NCBI GenBank assembly: GCA_965279665.1
Contig: OZ257256.1
Span: 1,475,871 to 1,539,870, forward strand
Source: Steroidobacteraceae bacterium
Lineage (GTDB): Bacteria > Pseudomonadota > Gammaproteobacteria > Steroidobacterales > Steroidobacteraceae
Direction: 5' to 3'
DNA: 64,000 bases
Shown: piece by piece, positions 1-9,799 of the stretch
Layout: every line of letters starts with the position of its first letter
Position numbering within the stretch: position 1 is the first letter of the stretch
Program-made: the position numbers and the translations under genes
The notes under the pieces: model-generated
Seen by the model: the letters and a program-made list of their open reading frames with translations, nothing else
Databases searched by the model: none
Told to the model about the DNA's origin: nothing

Positions 1-22
1 AATCCGGCCGCGTTCGAGTAGG

Positions 23-42
23 GCGCGTCCGGGTCGACGCGC
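23..42 (-). terminator. GC-rich hairpin just downstream of the fabI stop (possible intrinsic terminator, no U-tract)
   Basis: gcgcgtc (23-29) pairs with gacgcgc (36-42) around a 6-nt loop, 12 nt beyond the fabI stop codon (54-56). Confidence 0.25.
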
Positions 43-53
43 GCCGCGTTCGA

Positions 54-854
54 CTAGCCTTCCGCTTCCTGCGGAAAGCTCATGCCAACGGTGTTGAAGC
101 CACCGTCCACATAGAGGATCTCGCCGGTGATGCCGCCGGCCAGATCCGAGCTGAGGAACGCCGCGGCGTTGCCCACATCCTCGAGCGTGACGTTGCGGCG
201 CAGCGGCGCGACCTCGGCCACCCGTGACAGCATCTTGCGAAATCCGCCGATGCCCGCGGCAGCCAGTGTCTTGATCGGGCCTGCCGAGATGCCGTTCACG
301 CGGATGCCCTGCGGACCGAGATCCGCCGCCAGGAAGCGCACGTTGGCTTCGAGACTCGCCTTGGCGAGACCCATGACGTTGTAACTCGGGATCGAACGCA
401 CGGCGCCGAGATAGGACAGCGTCAGGATCGCGCCATGCCGGCCCTGCATCAGCGGCGCGGCGCCGCGGGCGAGGGCGGTCAGGCTGTAGCTCGAGACATC
501 GTGCGCGATGCGGAAAGCCTCGCGGCTGGTCTGTTCCGTGAAGCCACCGGCGAGCGCTTCGCGCGGCGCGAACGCGACGGCATGCACGACGATGTCGAGT
601 GAACCCCAGTCACGCTTCAGGTTCGCGAACACCGCATCGAGCTGGGCGTCATCGGTCACGTCGAGCGGCAGCACGATCTTCGAGCCGACCGACGCCGCCA
701 GCGGTTCGACCCGCTCGCGCAGCTTGTCGCCGGCATAGGTGAATGCGAGTTCGGCACCTTCGCGATGCATCGCCTGCGCGATGCCCCAGGCGATCGAACG
801 CTCCGTCGCCACGCCCACGATCAGTGCGCGCTTGCCTGCGAGAAATCCCATCAT
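54..854 (-). CDS. fabI: enoyl-[acyl-carrier-protein] reductase (NADH) FabI
   Basis: 266-aa ORF. It has the '[10 protein letters not shown]' nucleotide-binding loop. The '[24 protein letters not shown]' Tyr-x6-Lys block is almost identical to E. coli FabI. Confidence 0.95.
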   Translation of the reverse strand: MMGFLAGKRALIVGVATERSIAWGIAQAMHREGAELAFTYAGDKLRERVEPLAASVGSKIVLPLDVTDDAQLDAVFANLKRDWGSLDIVVHAVAFAPREALAGGFTEQTSREAFRIAHDVSSYSLTALARGAAPLMQGRHGAILTLSYLGAVRSIPSYNVMGLAKASLEANVRFLAADLGPQGIRVNGISAGPIKTLAAAGIGGFRKMLSRVAEVAPLRRNVTLEDVGNAAAFLSSDLAGGITGEILYVDGGFNTVGMSFPQEAEG

Positions 855-904
855 CGTCCCCTTCGTTCTCGTGAGAGCAGAGCCGATTCAATCGGCCCGA
901 CGCG

Positions 905-2590
905 TCAGCGGCGACGCGGCATGTTGATCGAAAGCTTCTGGCCGGGCCGCAGCGGACTGTTGGCGACGAGGCCGTTCCACGACAGCAGCTGCGCCACCGT
1001 GACGCCGTGCAGCCGCGCGATGCGATACAGCGAATCGCCACGGCGCACGGTGTAGCGAACGGTGCGTGCGCTGCCGCTGCCACTCGATGAACTCGAGCGC
1101 GACGACCCACGCGCATCCGCCACCTTGAGCCGCTCACCGGCTTTCAGCGTCTGCCCGGGCTTCAGGCCGTTCAGGCGCATCAGCGTGTTCACGTCCATCT
1201 TGTTGCGACGCGCGATCGCCCACAGCGAATCACCGCGCCGCACGACATGGATCACCGGTCGGCGCGCACCGCGCGACGTGGCGCGACCGCCGCCGCGATC
1301 GACGCGCGCCGCCGCGTTCAACACCTTCTGCGGCAGCGCGGTGCTGCCGGAGGGGACGCGCAGGTCCGTGCCCACCGAGAGCGGGCCGTCGCCCAGGCCG
1401 TTGATCGAGCGGATCACCTGCGGCTCGGTCTTGTATTGAGACGAGAGCGAGGCCAGGGTTTCGCCGGGCTTCACGACATGGTGAGTGACGCGCAGCAGCT
1501 CATCCGGCGTCAGCTGCGAAAGATTCTGGCGCAGCAGGTCCGCGGCATCGGCCGGCACCAGCAGGTGATGCGGACCCTGCGGTGGCGTCGCCCAGCGGTG
1601 GAAGGCGGGATTCAGCTCGAACAGTTCTTCATGCGTGATGCCGGCGAGATCGGCCGCGAGCTTCAGATCGATCTGGCTGCCGGTCTCGACGCGCACGAAG
1701 TACGGTTCGTTCGGGATCGCGCCGAACGCGATGCCATAGGCCTCCGGGTTCGCGACCAGGCGCTTCATCGCCAGCAGCTTCGGCACGTAGGCGCGCGTTT
1801 CCGTCGGCAGCTTCAGGCTCCAGAAGTCGATCGGCTTGCCGGCGGCGCGATTGGCGCGGATCGCGCGGGCCACGCAGCCTTCGCCGCAGTTGTAACCGGC
1901 GATCGCGAGCAACCAGTCGCCGTTGAATTCATCGTGCATGAACTGCAGGTAATCCAGCGCGGCGCGCGTCGACTCCAGTACGTCGCGGCGGCCGTCGTAC
2001 CACCAGTTCTGGTTCAGGCTGAAGCGCTGGCCCGTGCCCGGGATGAACTGCCACAGGCCGGCCGCGCGGGCGCGCGAATAGGCGTAGGGCTCGAACGCGC
2101 TCTCCACCACCGGCAACAGCGCGATCTCCAGCGGCATGCCGCGGCGCTCGACTTCGCTGACGATGTGGTGGAAGTAGAGCTCCGAGCGGCCGAAGACGCG
2201 CTCGAGGTACTCGGGATTGTTCGCATAAAAGCGAAGCTGCACATCGATGCGCGACTGATCCGGATCCTCGAACTGGAAGCCCGCGCGGATACGCTCGAAC
2301 AGATCCGCATGCGGTGAGGCGGCGGTCTGGGTCGCACTGCCGGCAACGGGCGCTGTCGCGGGCAGCGGATCAGCGGCGGCAATCGTGGGCGACGCTGCGG
2401 CGGGCGCGGGTGGCGTGGATTCGGGAACGACGGTGGCGGACTGCGGGGGCGTCTGCGCCGGCGGGGCCGCAGATGACGCGACCGGCGCGGGAGAAGGGGG
2501 AAGCTCCCGGTCGTACAACGAAGCGCATCCAGGCAGGAGCGCGAAGGCAACGAGAGGCAGGGCGGTTCGACGCAGCTTCGAGATCAGCAA
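905..2590 (-). CDS. mltD: membrane-bound lytic murein transglycosylase D-like lipoprotein with three LysM repeats
   Basis: SLT core 'LPVVESAFEPYAYSRARAAGLWQFIPGTG'. Three C-terminal LysM-like repeats ('HVVKPGETLASLS', 'HVVRRGDSLWAIARR', 'YTVRRGDSLYRIARL'). The ORF runs to 2674, but a TTG at 2590 gives a clean lipoprotein signal '(M)LISKLRRTALPLVAFALLPGC'. Confidence 0.88.
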   Translation of the reverse strand: MLISKLRRTALPLVAFALLPGCASLYDRELPPSPAPVASSAAPPAQTPPQSATVVPESTPPAPAAASPTIAAADPLPATAPVAGSATQTAASPHADLFERIRAGFQFEDPDQSRIDVQLRFYANNPEYLERVFGRSELYFHHIVSEVERRGMPLEIALLPVVESAFEPYAYSRARAAGLWQFIPGTGQRFSLNQNWWYDGRRDVLESTRAALDYLQFMHDEFNGDWLLAIAGYNCGEGCVARAIRANRAAGKPIDFWSLKLPTETRAYVPKLLAMKRLVANPEAYGIAFGAIPNEPYFVRVETGSQIDLKLAADLAGITHEELFELNPAFHRWATPPQGPHHLLVPADAADLLRQNLSQLTPDELLRVTHHVVKPGETLASLSSQYKTEPQVIRSINGLGDGPLSVGTDLRVPSGSTALPQKVLNAAARVDRGGGRATSRGARRPVIHVVRRGDSLWAIARRNKMDVNTLMRLNGLKPGQTLKAGERLKVADARGSSRSSSSSGSGSARTVRYTVRRGDSLYRIARLHGVTVAQLLSWNGLVANSPLRPGQKLSINMPRRR

Positions 2591-2674
2591 TGTTCCGTCC
2601 CCTGCGTGGGTGGAGTGCAAAGAGTGGCGCGTATTTAACCCGCAAGTCCAGAAAATTGCTATCGTTTTGGTCAC

Positions 2675-3385
2675 ATGTCCGGCTCATTGAATGACTGGCT
2701 CCACAGTTCTCGCGGCGAGGCATTGCGCGCCGCAGAAGCCTCGCTGTTGAGCGAGGCGCTGGATGACTGTTTCGGCTGGGAAATGCTGCAGATCGGCGCC
2801 TGGGGCGCAGGACGCGATCTGATCGCCGGCGCGCGCACGCGTCGCCAGACTGTGATCTCGAGCACAGTTGCGCCGGGCGTCGATGTCCAGTCGCGCCTCA
2901 CGCAGCTGCCCGTCGCGAGCGATTCGGTGGATGCCGTGCTGCTGCCGCACACGCTCGAGTTCGAAGCCGATCCTTACGCCGCGCTGCGCGAAGTGGATCG
3001 CGTGCTCACGGGCGAGGGCAAGTTGCTGATACTGGGTTTCTCGCCGTGGAGCCTGTGGGGCGCGCGCTCGCGTGCCTCGCGCGGCGGGTTTCCACCGCAG
3101 CTGAGACGATTGCTGTCCGAAGGTCGACTGCGCGACTGGCTCGTGCTGCTCGGCTATGAGGTGGCCGAGGCGCGCCGGTATCTGTACGAAGCGCCCTGGG
3201 GTGCGCCCGTGCCGCCGCAGCAGAGCCTGCATCGCAGCCTGTTCAAGCCGCTGCCCGCCGGCGCGTATCTGCTGAAGGCGCGCAAGCGCGTGTATGCGGT
3301 GTCGCCGTTGCGGATGCGGCTGCTCGAACGTGCGCACCTGATCGGTGGACTCGTGAAGCCCACCGCGCAACGCAAGTCGGAGTAA
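2675..3385 (+). CDS. class I SAM-dependent methyltransferase (Methyltransf_11-like)
   Basis: 236-aa ORF with '[11 protein letters not shown]', '[12 protein letters not shown]' and '[16 protein letters not shown]'. It sits between mltD and rnhA, as in many gammaproteobacteria. Confidence 0.7.
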   Translation: MSGSLNDWLHSSRGEALRAAEASLLSEALDDCFGWEMLQIGAWGAGRDLIAGARTRRQTVISSTVAPGVDVQSRLTQLPVASDSVDAVLLPHTLEFEADPYAALREVDRVLTGEGKLLILGFSPWSLWGARSRASRGGFPPQLRRLLSEGRLRDWLVLLGYEVAEARRYLYEAPWGAPVPPQQSLHRSLFKPLPAGAYLLKARKRVYAVSPLRMRLLERAHLIGGLVKPTAQRKSE

Positions 3386-3389
3386 TTCC

Positions 3390-3830
3390 CTGGACACGAC
3401 AGTCGAGATCTATACCGATGGCGCCTGCAAGGGCAATCCGGGCCCGGGCGGTTGGGGCGCCACGCTCGCCTGGGGCGAACACTTCCGCGAACTCTCCGGC
3501 GCCGAACGCGACACCACCAACAATCGCATGGAGCTCACTGCCGTGATCCGCGCGCTCGAAGCGCTGAAGCGACCGATGAGCGTGAAGATCTACACGGATT
3601 CGCAGTACGTGCGCCTCGGCATCACCGAATGGATGACCGGCTGGAAGGCGCGCAACTGGCGCACCGCCGACAAGAAGCCGGTGAAGAACCGTGACCTCTG
3701 GGAAGCGCTCGACGCGGCGCAGGCCCAGCACCAGGTCGAATGGCACTGGGTCAAGGGACATTCGGGCGTGCCCGGCAACGAGCGCGTCGACGCGCTCGCA
3801 AATTCCGCGATCGAAGCTCTGCTGGCGTAG
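3390..3830 (+). CDS. rnhA: ribonuclease HI (apparent CTG start codon)
   Basis: The frame reads '[26 protein letters not shown]...[17 protein letters not shown]...[10 protein letters not shown]...[20 protein letters not shown]', a full RNase H fold. The ORF track only shows it from an internal ATG (3528). There is an in-frame stop at 3354-3356. No ATG, GTG or TTG lies between that stop and the conserved N-terminus. GGAG (3379-3382) sits 7 nt before the CTG at 3390. Confidence 0.85.
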   Translation: MDTTVEIYTDGACKGNPGPGGWGATLAWGEHFRELSGAERDTTNNRMELTAVIRALEALKRPMSVKIYTDSQYVRLGITEWMTGWKARNWRTADKKPVKNRDLWEALDAAQAQHQVEWHWVKGHSGVPGNERVDALANSAIEALLA

Positions 3831-3857
3831 AATCCCCGCTTTCCAACGAGCCCGCGC

Positions 3858-4583
3858 ATGCGCCAGATCATCCTCGATACCGAAACCACCGGCCTCGAAG
3901 CCGAGCGCGGCCATCGCATCATCGAGATCGGCTGCATCGAGCTCGTCAACCGGCGCACCACCGGCCGCAGCTTCCACCGGTATCTGAATCCCGAGCGGGA
4001 CATCGACGAAGGCGCGCAGGCCGTGCACGGCATCTCGCGCGCCCAGCTCGAGCACGAGCCGAAGTTCCGCGAGATCGCCACCGAGCTGGTCGAGTTCATC
4101 GCCGGCGCCGAGCTCGTGATCCACAACGCCTCGTTCGACGTCGGCTTCCTCGATGCGGAGTGGAAGCGCCTCGAGGGCGAAAAACGCCGCACCGCCGACC
4201 TCTGTCGCATTCTGGATACGCTTGCTCTGGCGCGATCGCTACATCCCGGCCAGCGCAACTCCCTCGACGCGCTGTGCAAACGCTACAGTATCGACAACTC
4301 CGGCCGCGACCTGCACGGCGCATTGCTCGACGCGCAGTTGCTGGCGGATGTGTATCTGGCGATGACGGGCGGGCAGAGCGCGCTCGCCCTGCACGAGGAC
4401 ACCGGAGGCCGGCGCAACGCAGATGCGACGCAGACCGCCGAACAGCGCGGCTGGACGCGTCCGGTCGAAGCGCTGGTGGTGCGGCAGCCGTCCGAGGACG
4501 AGCTGGCGGCCCATGAGGCCTTCCTCGAGAAAGTCGCCAAGGCGAGTGGTGGGAAGGTCCTGTTTCGCGAGGTGGGTCACTGA
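3858..4583 (+). CDS. dnaQ: DNA polymerase III epsilon subunit (3'-5' proofreading exonuclease)
   Basis: Exo motifs 'IILDTETTGL', 'LVIHNASFDVGFL' and 'HGALLDAQLLADVYL'. The rnhA-dnaQ neighbourhood is conserved. Confidence 0.95.
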   Translation: MRQIILDTETTGLEAERGHRIIEIGCIELVNRRTTGRSFHRYLNPERDIDEGAQAVHGISRAQLEHEPKFREIATELVEFIAGAELVIHNASFDVGFLDAEWKRLEGEKRRTADLCRILDTLALARSLHPGQRNSLDALCKRYSIDNSGRDLHGALLDAQLLADVYLAMTGGQSALALHEDTGGRRNADATQTAEQRGWTRPVEALVVRQPSEDELAAHEAFLEKVAKASGGKVLFREVGH

Positions 4584-4618
4584 CCTAACCGCAGCAAGAG
4601 TTCCCGCGAATCGTCTGA

Positions 4619-5932
4619 ATGGATTCCTGGGGTTCTTGTGTGTTGGGGGTTTTGGTGGACAGTCTTCGCAATCTGAAAGTCGGCGTCGTGGGTCTCGGGT
4701 ATGTGGGCCTGCCGCTCGCTGCAGAACTCGGCAAGCATTTCGACACGGTCGGCTTCGACGTCAAGGCAGCGCGCATCCGCGAGCTGAAGGCCGGGCGTGA
4801 CAGCACTCTCGAAGTGTCGCCCGCCGAGTTGCGGCAATCGAAGAAGCTGCGCTTCTCCACGGACCTGCGCGATCTGAAGCGCGCCCGCGTGTACATCGTC
4901 ACCGTGCCGACGCCGATCGACGAATACAAGCGGCCGGACCTGACGCCGCTGGTCAAGGCCAGCGAGAGCGTCGGTCAGGTGCTGAAGAAGGGCGACGTCG
5001 TGGTGTACGAATCCACGGTGTATCCGGGCTGCACCGAAGAGATCTGCGTGCCGATCCTCGAGCGCGTCTCCGGCCTGAAGTACAACCGCGACTTCTTCGC
5101 CGGATACAGCCCGGAGCGCATCAATCCCGGTGACAAGCAGCATCGGCTGCCGTCGATCAAGAAGGTCACCTCCGGCTCGACACCCGAGATCGCGAAGTTC
5201 GTCGACCAGATCTACGCGACGATCATCACCGCGGGCACCCACTGTGCGTCGTCGATCAAGGTCGCCGAGGCGGCCAAGGTCATCGAGAACACGCAGCGCG
5301 ACGTCAACATCGCGTTGATCAACGAACTCGCGCTGATCTTCAACCGCCTCGGCATCGATACCGAGGAAGTGCTGAACGCCGCTGGTACGAAGTGGAACTT
5401 CCTGCCGTTCCGTCCGGGCCTCGTCGGCGGCCACTGCATCGGCGTGGACCCGTACTACCTGACGCACAAGGCGCAGGAAATCGGCTACCACCCGGAAATG
5501 ATCCTCGCGGGTCGTCGCCTGAACGACAACATGGCGATCTACGTCGCCGGCGAGATCGCGCGCCTGATGAGCGACAAGCGGCTGCATGTGAAGGGTGCCC
5601 GCGTGCTGGTGCTCGGCCTCACGTTCAAGGAGAACTGTCCGGACATCCGCAATTCCAAGGTCGCGGATGTGGTCAAGGAACTGGCCAAGTTCGGCGCGAA
5701 GGTCGAAGTGTACGATCCGTGGGCCACGCCGTCCGAAGCCAGGCACGAGTACGGCATTTCCTTGACCAAGACCCTGAAGGCGGGTCGCTACGATGCCGTG
5801 GTGGCGGCCGTCGGCCATGACGAGTTCAAGAAGTGGGGCATCCGCGGCGTGCGCCGGCTGTGCAAGCCGAAGCATGTGGTGTATGACATCAAGCATGTGT
5901 TCAAAGCGAGCCAGACGGACGGACGGTTGTAA
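4619..5932 (+). CDS. nucleotide-sugar 6-dehydrogenase (UDP-glucose/GDP-mannose dehydrogenase family, TviB/WbpO/CapL-like)
   Basis: Rossmann '[19 protein letters not shown]' and catalytic Cys block '[15 protein letters not shown]'. The true start may be TTG 4652 or GTG 4655. Confidence 0.9.
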   Translation: MDSWGSCVLGVLVDSLRNLKVGVVGLGYVGLPLAAELGKHFDTVGFDVKAARIRELKAGRDSTLEVSPAELRQSKKLRFSTDLRDLKRARVYIVTVPTPIDEYKRPDLTPLVKASESVGQVLKKGDVVVYESTVYPGCTEEICVPILERVSGLKYNRDFFAGYSPERINPGDKQHRLPSIKKVTSGSTPEIAKFVDQIYATIITAGTHCASSIKVAEAAKVIENTQRDVNIALINELALIFNRLGIDTEEVLNAAGTKWNFLPFRPGLVGGHCIGVDPYYLTHKAQEIGYHPEMILAGRRLNDNMAIYVAGEIARLMSDKRLHVKGARVLVLGLTFKENCPDIRNSKVADVVKELAKFGAKVEVYDPWATPSEARHEYGISLTKTLKAGRYDAVVAAVGHDEFKKWGIRGVRRLCKPKHVVYDIKHVFKASQTDGRL

Positions 5933-5935
5933 TTC

Positions 5936-6943
5936 ATGAAGGTTCTTGTCACCGGCGCGGCAGGGTTCATCGGCTCGCACGTGAGCCAACTGCTGCTCGC
6001 GCGTGGGGATGAGGTGGTCGGGCTCGACAACCTCAACAACTATTACGACCCGACCCTGAAGCAGGCGCGGCTCGACCGGCTGCTGCCGCTGAAAGGCTTC
6101 CGCTTCGTGAAGCAGGAACTCGCAGATCGTGACGGCATGGCGGCACTGTTCGCGCGCGAGAAGTTCCATCGCGTCGTGCATCTGGCCGCGCAGGCCGGCG
6201 TGCGGTATTCGCTCGAGAATCCGCATGCCTACATCGACAGCAACGTCACGGGCACGCTGAACGTGCTGGAAGGTTGCCGGCATCATGGCGTCGAACATCT
6301 GGTCTTCGCCTCGACCAGTTCGGTGTACGGCTTGAACACCAATATGCCGTTCACGGTTCACAAGGGCGTGGACCATCCCCTGTCGCTGTACGCCTCGACG
6401 AAAAAGGCCAATGAGCTGATGGCGCACAACTACGCCGCACTGTTCAAGCTGCCCTGCACGGGGCTGCGCTTCTTCACGGTCTATGGCCCCTGGGGTCGGC
6501 CGGACATGGCGCTGTTCCTGTTCACGCGCAATATCCTCGAAGGCAAGCCGATCGACGTCTTCAACTACGGACGCCACAAGCGTGACTTCACGTTCGTCGA
6601 CGACATCGCCGAAGGCGTGGTGCGGGCGCTGGATCGCCCCGCTGCGCCGAACCCCGAGTGGTCAGGCGATCATCCGGATCCGGCGACCAGCAGCGCGCCG
6701 TTTCGCCTGTACAACATCGGCAACAACAGTCCGGTGGAACTCTCGCGCTACATCGAAGTGCTGGAGGACTGCCTCGGTCGCAAGGCCGAGCGCAACCTGT
6801 TGCCGCTGCAGCCCGGTGACGTGCCGGACACTTTCGCGGACGTCGAAGACCTGGTGCGGGATGTCGGCTATCGGCCGGCCACACCGGTGGAAGTCGGCGT
6901 CCGCCGCTTCGTCGACTGGTATCGCGGTTATTACAAGGTCTAG
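5936..6943 (+). CDS. NAD-dependent nucleotide-sugar epimerase (UDP-glucuronate/UDP-hexuronate 4-epimerase-like)
   Basis: '[16 protein letters not shown]', '[11 protein letters not shown]', and the 'YASTKKANE' YxxxK catalytic motif. Confidence 0.85.
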   Translation: MKVLVTGAAGFIGSHVSQLLLARGDEVVGLDNLNNYYDPTLKQARLDRLLPLKGFRFVKQELADRDGMAALFAREKFHRVVHLAAQAGVRYSLENPHAYIDSNVTGTLNVLEGCRHHGVEHLVFASTSSVYGLNTNMPFTVHKGVDHPLSLYASTKKANELMAHNYAALFKLPCTGLRFFTVYGPWGRPDMALFLFTRNILEGKPIDVFNYGRHKRDFTFVDDIAEGVVRALDRPAAPNPEWSGDHPDPATSSAPFRLYNIGNNSPVELSRYIEVLEDCLGRKAERNLLPLQPGDVPDTFADVEDLVRDVGYRPATPVEVGVRRFVDWYRGYYKV

Positions 6944-6995
6944 ATGACCGCCTGCGCCTGCTAGAATTCCGGGCAATCGCTGCCCGGAGTTCCGC

Positions 6996-8189
6996 ATGTC
7001 CGCCAAGCCCCTGCCCACACCTGCCATGCAGGTGCCGCTGCTCGATCTCAAGCCGCAGTACCGCGCGCTCAAGGCGGAGATCGATGCGGCGATCGAGAAG
7101 GTCTGCGATTCGCAGGGCTTCATCCTCGGGCCCCAGACCAAGCAGCTCGAGGCGGACATCGCCGCCTACAGCCAGTGCAAGCATGGCATTGGGGTCTCCT
7201 CAGGCACGGATGCGCTGCTGGTCGCCCTGATGGCGCTCGACATCGGTGCTGGCGACGCGGTAATCACGACGCCGTACACGTTTTTCGCCACCGCCGGCAC
7301 CATCGCGCGCACCGGCGCGCGGCCTCTCTTCGTCGACATCGATCCGGTCAGTTTCAATCTCTCGATCCCAGCGCTCGAGGGCTTCCTCGCCCGCGATTGC
7401 GCCTATCACGAGGGTCGGCTCGTGCATCTGGCGAGCGGCACCACCGTCAAGGCGCTGATGCCGGTGCACCTGTACGGCCAGATCTGCGACATGCAGGGCA
7501 TCATGCGGCTCGCGCGCCATTACGGGCTGCGCGTGATCGAAGACACGGCCCAGGCCATCGGTGCCGCAGACGCAGCGGGGCGCGTGGCCTGCAGTATCGG
7601 CGATATCGGCTGTCTGTCGTTCTTCCCGACCAAGAACCTCGGCGCGTTCGGCGATGCAGGCATGTGCGTGACGAACGACGCCGCGCTCGCGGCCAAGCTC
7701 ACGATGCTGCGCGTGCATGGCATGGAGCCGAAGTACTACCACCAGCTCGTCGGCGGGAATTTCCGCATCGATGAGCTGCAGTCCGCCGTACTCGTGATCA
7801 AGCTGAAGCATCTCGATGCCTGGAGCACGAAGCGCGCCGAGAACGCATGCTTCTACTACGGCGCGTTCGAAAAGGCGGGCCTGAAGGGCCGCATCACGCT
7901 GCCGCAGGCGGCGCCGGGCGTACGGCATATCTACAACCAGTTCATCATCCGCGCGCCGCAACGCGACGAGTTGCGCGCACACCTCGGCAAGTGCGGCGTC
8001 GGCGCCGAGATCTACTATCCGGTTCCGCTGCACCTGCAGCAGTGCTTCGGCTACTTGGGGCAGGGTATGGGCAGATTCCCCGAATCCGAGCGCGCCGCGC
8101 GCGAGACACTCGCGCTGCCGATCTTCCCGGAGCTCGCCCGCGAGCAGCTGCAGTACGTCGTCGATTGCATCGCGAGCTTCTATTCATGA
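6996..8189 (+). CDS. DegT/DnrJ/EryC1/StrS-family PLP-dependent sugar aminotransferase
   Basis: 'GVSSGTDALLVALMAL', 'FFPTKNLGAFGDAG' (PLP-lysine context) and 'YYPVPLHLQ'. Confidence 0.9.
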   Translation: MSAKPLPTPAMQVPLLDLKPQYRALKAEIDAAIEKVCDSQGFILGPQTKQLEADIAAYSQCKHGIGVSSGTDALLVALMALDIGAGDAVITTPYTFFATAGTIARTGARPLFVDIDPVSFNLSIPALEGFLARDCAYHEGRLVHLASGTTVKALMPVHLYGQICDMQGIMRLARHYGLRVIEDTAQAIGAADAAGRVACSIGDIGCLSFFPTKNLGAFGDAGMCVTNDAALAAKLTMLRVHGMEPKYYHQLVGGNFRIDELQSAVLVIKLKHLDAWSTKRAENACFYYGAFEKAGLKGRITLPQAAPGVRHIYNQFIIRAPQRDELRAHLGKCGVGAEIYYPVPLHLQQCFGYLGQGMGRFPESERAARETLALPIFPELAREQLQYVVDCIASFYS

Positions 8190-9796
8190 CATTGGCGTCG
8201 AACACGCCGGCCTGGGCGACGCTGGAGAAGCTCGTGCTCGAACGCGGCTCGCGCTCCGTCGCCGGGGCGTTCGCGGCAGATCCGACGCGAGGCGATTCGA
8301 TGTCGGCCGAAGCTCTCGGCCTGCTGCTGGATTTTTCCCGCCAGCGAGTCGATGCCGAAGTAATCAGCGCGCTGACGCGCCTCGCTGACGAACGCGATCT
8401 GCGCTCGCGCATCGAATCGATGTTCCGCGGCGCCGTGATCAACGTGACCGAGAAGCGCCAGGTACTGCACGTGGCGCTGCGCGGCGCGACTGCTGATGCG
8501 GGCGCCCATTCGAACGCCGAAGCCAATCCCTGGGGCGCGGACATCACGAGCGCCGTGCTCGCGGAGCGGGCGCGCATGCTCGCGTTTGCAGAGAACGTGC
8601 GCGCGGGCCGCATTCGCAGCAGTTCGAAGCAGCCGTTTCGCCATGTGATCAACATCGGCATCGGCGGCTCGGACCTTGGTCCCTGCATGGCCGTCGAGGC
8701 GCTGCGCGGTCTCGCCGCGGGCGGGCCGCAGGTGCGCTTCGTCTCGAACGTGGACGGCGGCGATCTGATGGATGCGCTCGCGGACGTCGATCCCGCGACC
8801 ACGCTGTTCGTCATCTGCTCCAAGACCTTCACGACTCAGGAGACCCTGGCGAATGCGCGCACCGCGCGGGCCTGGCTCGCGAGCCGGCTCGGCGAGGCGG
8901 CTGTGCGTGACCATTTCGCAGCCGTGTCGGTGAATGCATCCGCGATGGATACGTTCGGCGTGCATCCGGACTATCGCTTCGAGATGTGGGACTGGGTCGG
9001 CGGTCGCTATTCGCTGTGGTCGTCCATAGGTGTGTCTCTGGCCATCGCCATTGGCGCCGCAGAGTTCGAGCGACTGCTGGCCGGCGCGGCGGCGCTCGAT
9101 GCGCACTTTCGCAGCGCTCCCTGGACTCGGAACCTGCCGGTGCTGATGGGTCTGATCGGCGTCTGGAACATCAACTTCCTGAAGCTGCCGACGCTCGCCG
9201 TGCTGCCGTATGAGTCCCGCCTCAAGCGCTTCCCGGCCTTCCTGCAGCAGCTCGACATGGAGAGCAACGGCAAGCGCGTCACGGCAAGCGGCACGACGCT
9301 GGACTACGAGACCGCGCCCGTGGTCTGGGGTGAGCCCGGCAACAACGCGCAGCATTCGTTTTTCCAGCTGCTGCACCAGGGCACCCCGCGCGCCGCGCTG
9401 GATTTTCTGCTGCCGGCGGAATCGTCGAGCGCGCTGCCGGATCATCAGGAACTCGCGATCGCGAACTGCCTCGCGCAGGCCGAGGCCTTCATGTGCGGCC
9501 AGGCCGGCGTGCCGCCGCAGCGTGTACACGAGGGGAATCGGCCGAGCTCCATCCTCGCGTTCCGGCGTCTCGACGCGTACACGCTTGGTGCGTTGATCGC
9601 GCTCTACGAGCAGAAGGTGTTCGTGCAGAGCGTGATCTGGGGCATCAACGCATTCGATCAATACGGCGTCGAACTCGGCAAGAAGCTCTGCGAAGGCGTG
9701 CTGCCGATCGTGCGCGGTGAAGCTGGGGCCGGCGCAACGCCGGCTTCGATGAAGCGTGTGCTGGGCTATCTCCGCGGTTCGCCTGGCGGGGGCTGA
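8186..9796 (+). CDS. pgi: glucose-6-phosphate isomerase
   Basis: 'HVINIGIGGSDLGP', 'FVICSKTFTTQET', 'GGRYSLWSSIG', 'GEPGNNAQHSFFQLLHQG'. The ATG at 8186 overlaps the aminotransferase stop as ATGA. The longer ORF from 7847 is an out-of-frame overlap artefact. Confidence 0.93.
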   Translation: MTLASNTPAWATLEKLVLERGSRSVAGAFAADPTRGDSMSAEALGLLLDFSRQRVDAEVISALTRLADERDLRSRIESMFRGAVINVTEKRQVLHVALRGATADAGAHSNAEANPWGADITSAVLAERARMLAFAENVRAGRIRSSSKQPFRHVINIGIGGSDLGPCMAVEALRGLAAGGPQVRFVSNVDGGDLMDALADVDPATTLFVICSKTFTTQETLANARTARAWLASRLGEAAVRDHFAAVSVNASAMDTFGVHPDYRFEMWDWVGGRYSLWSSIGVSLAIAIGAAEFERLLAGAAALDAHFRSAPWTRNLPVLMGLIGVWNINFLKLPTLAVLPYESRLKRFPAFLQQLDMESNGKRVTASGTTLDYETAPVVWGEPGNNAQHSFFQLLHQGTPRAALDFLLPAESSSALPDHQELAIANCLAQAEAFMCGQAGVPPQRVHEGNRPSSILAFRRLDAYTLGALIALYEQKVFVQSVIWGINAFDQYGVELGKKLCEGVLPIVRGEAGAGATPASMKRVLGYLRGSPGGG

Positions 9797-9799
9797 ACG

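Noticed and set aside
1247-2317. 356-aa plus-strand ORF inside mltD
   Set aside because: It is antisense to the SLT/LysM gene and has no motifs.
4584-4618. Expected tRNA downstream of dnaQ (as in E. coli), and tRNAs or rRNAs elsewhere in intergenic gaps
   Set aside because: The gap is only 35 nt. No cloverleaf or GTTCGAATC-type T-loop was seen in any intergenic region that I read.
4577-6577. 666-aa ORF on the minus strand
   Set aside because: It is entirely antisense to two well-supported genes (the nucleotide-sugar dehydrogenase and the epimerase). Its composition is Arg/Ala/Gly-rich and low in complexity, typical of stop-free antisense frames in high-GC DNA.
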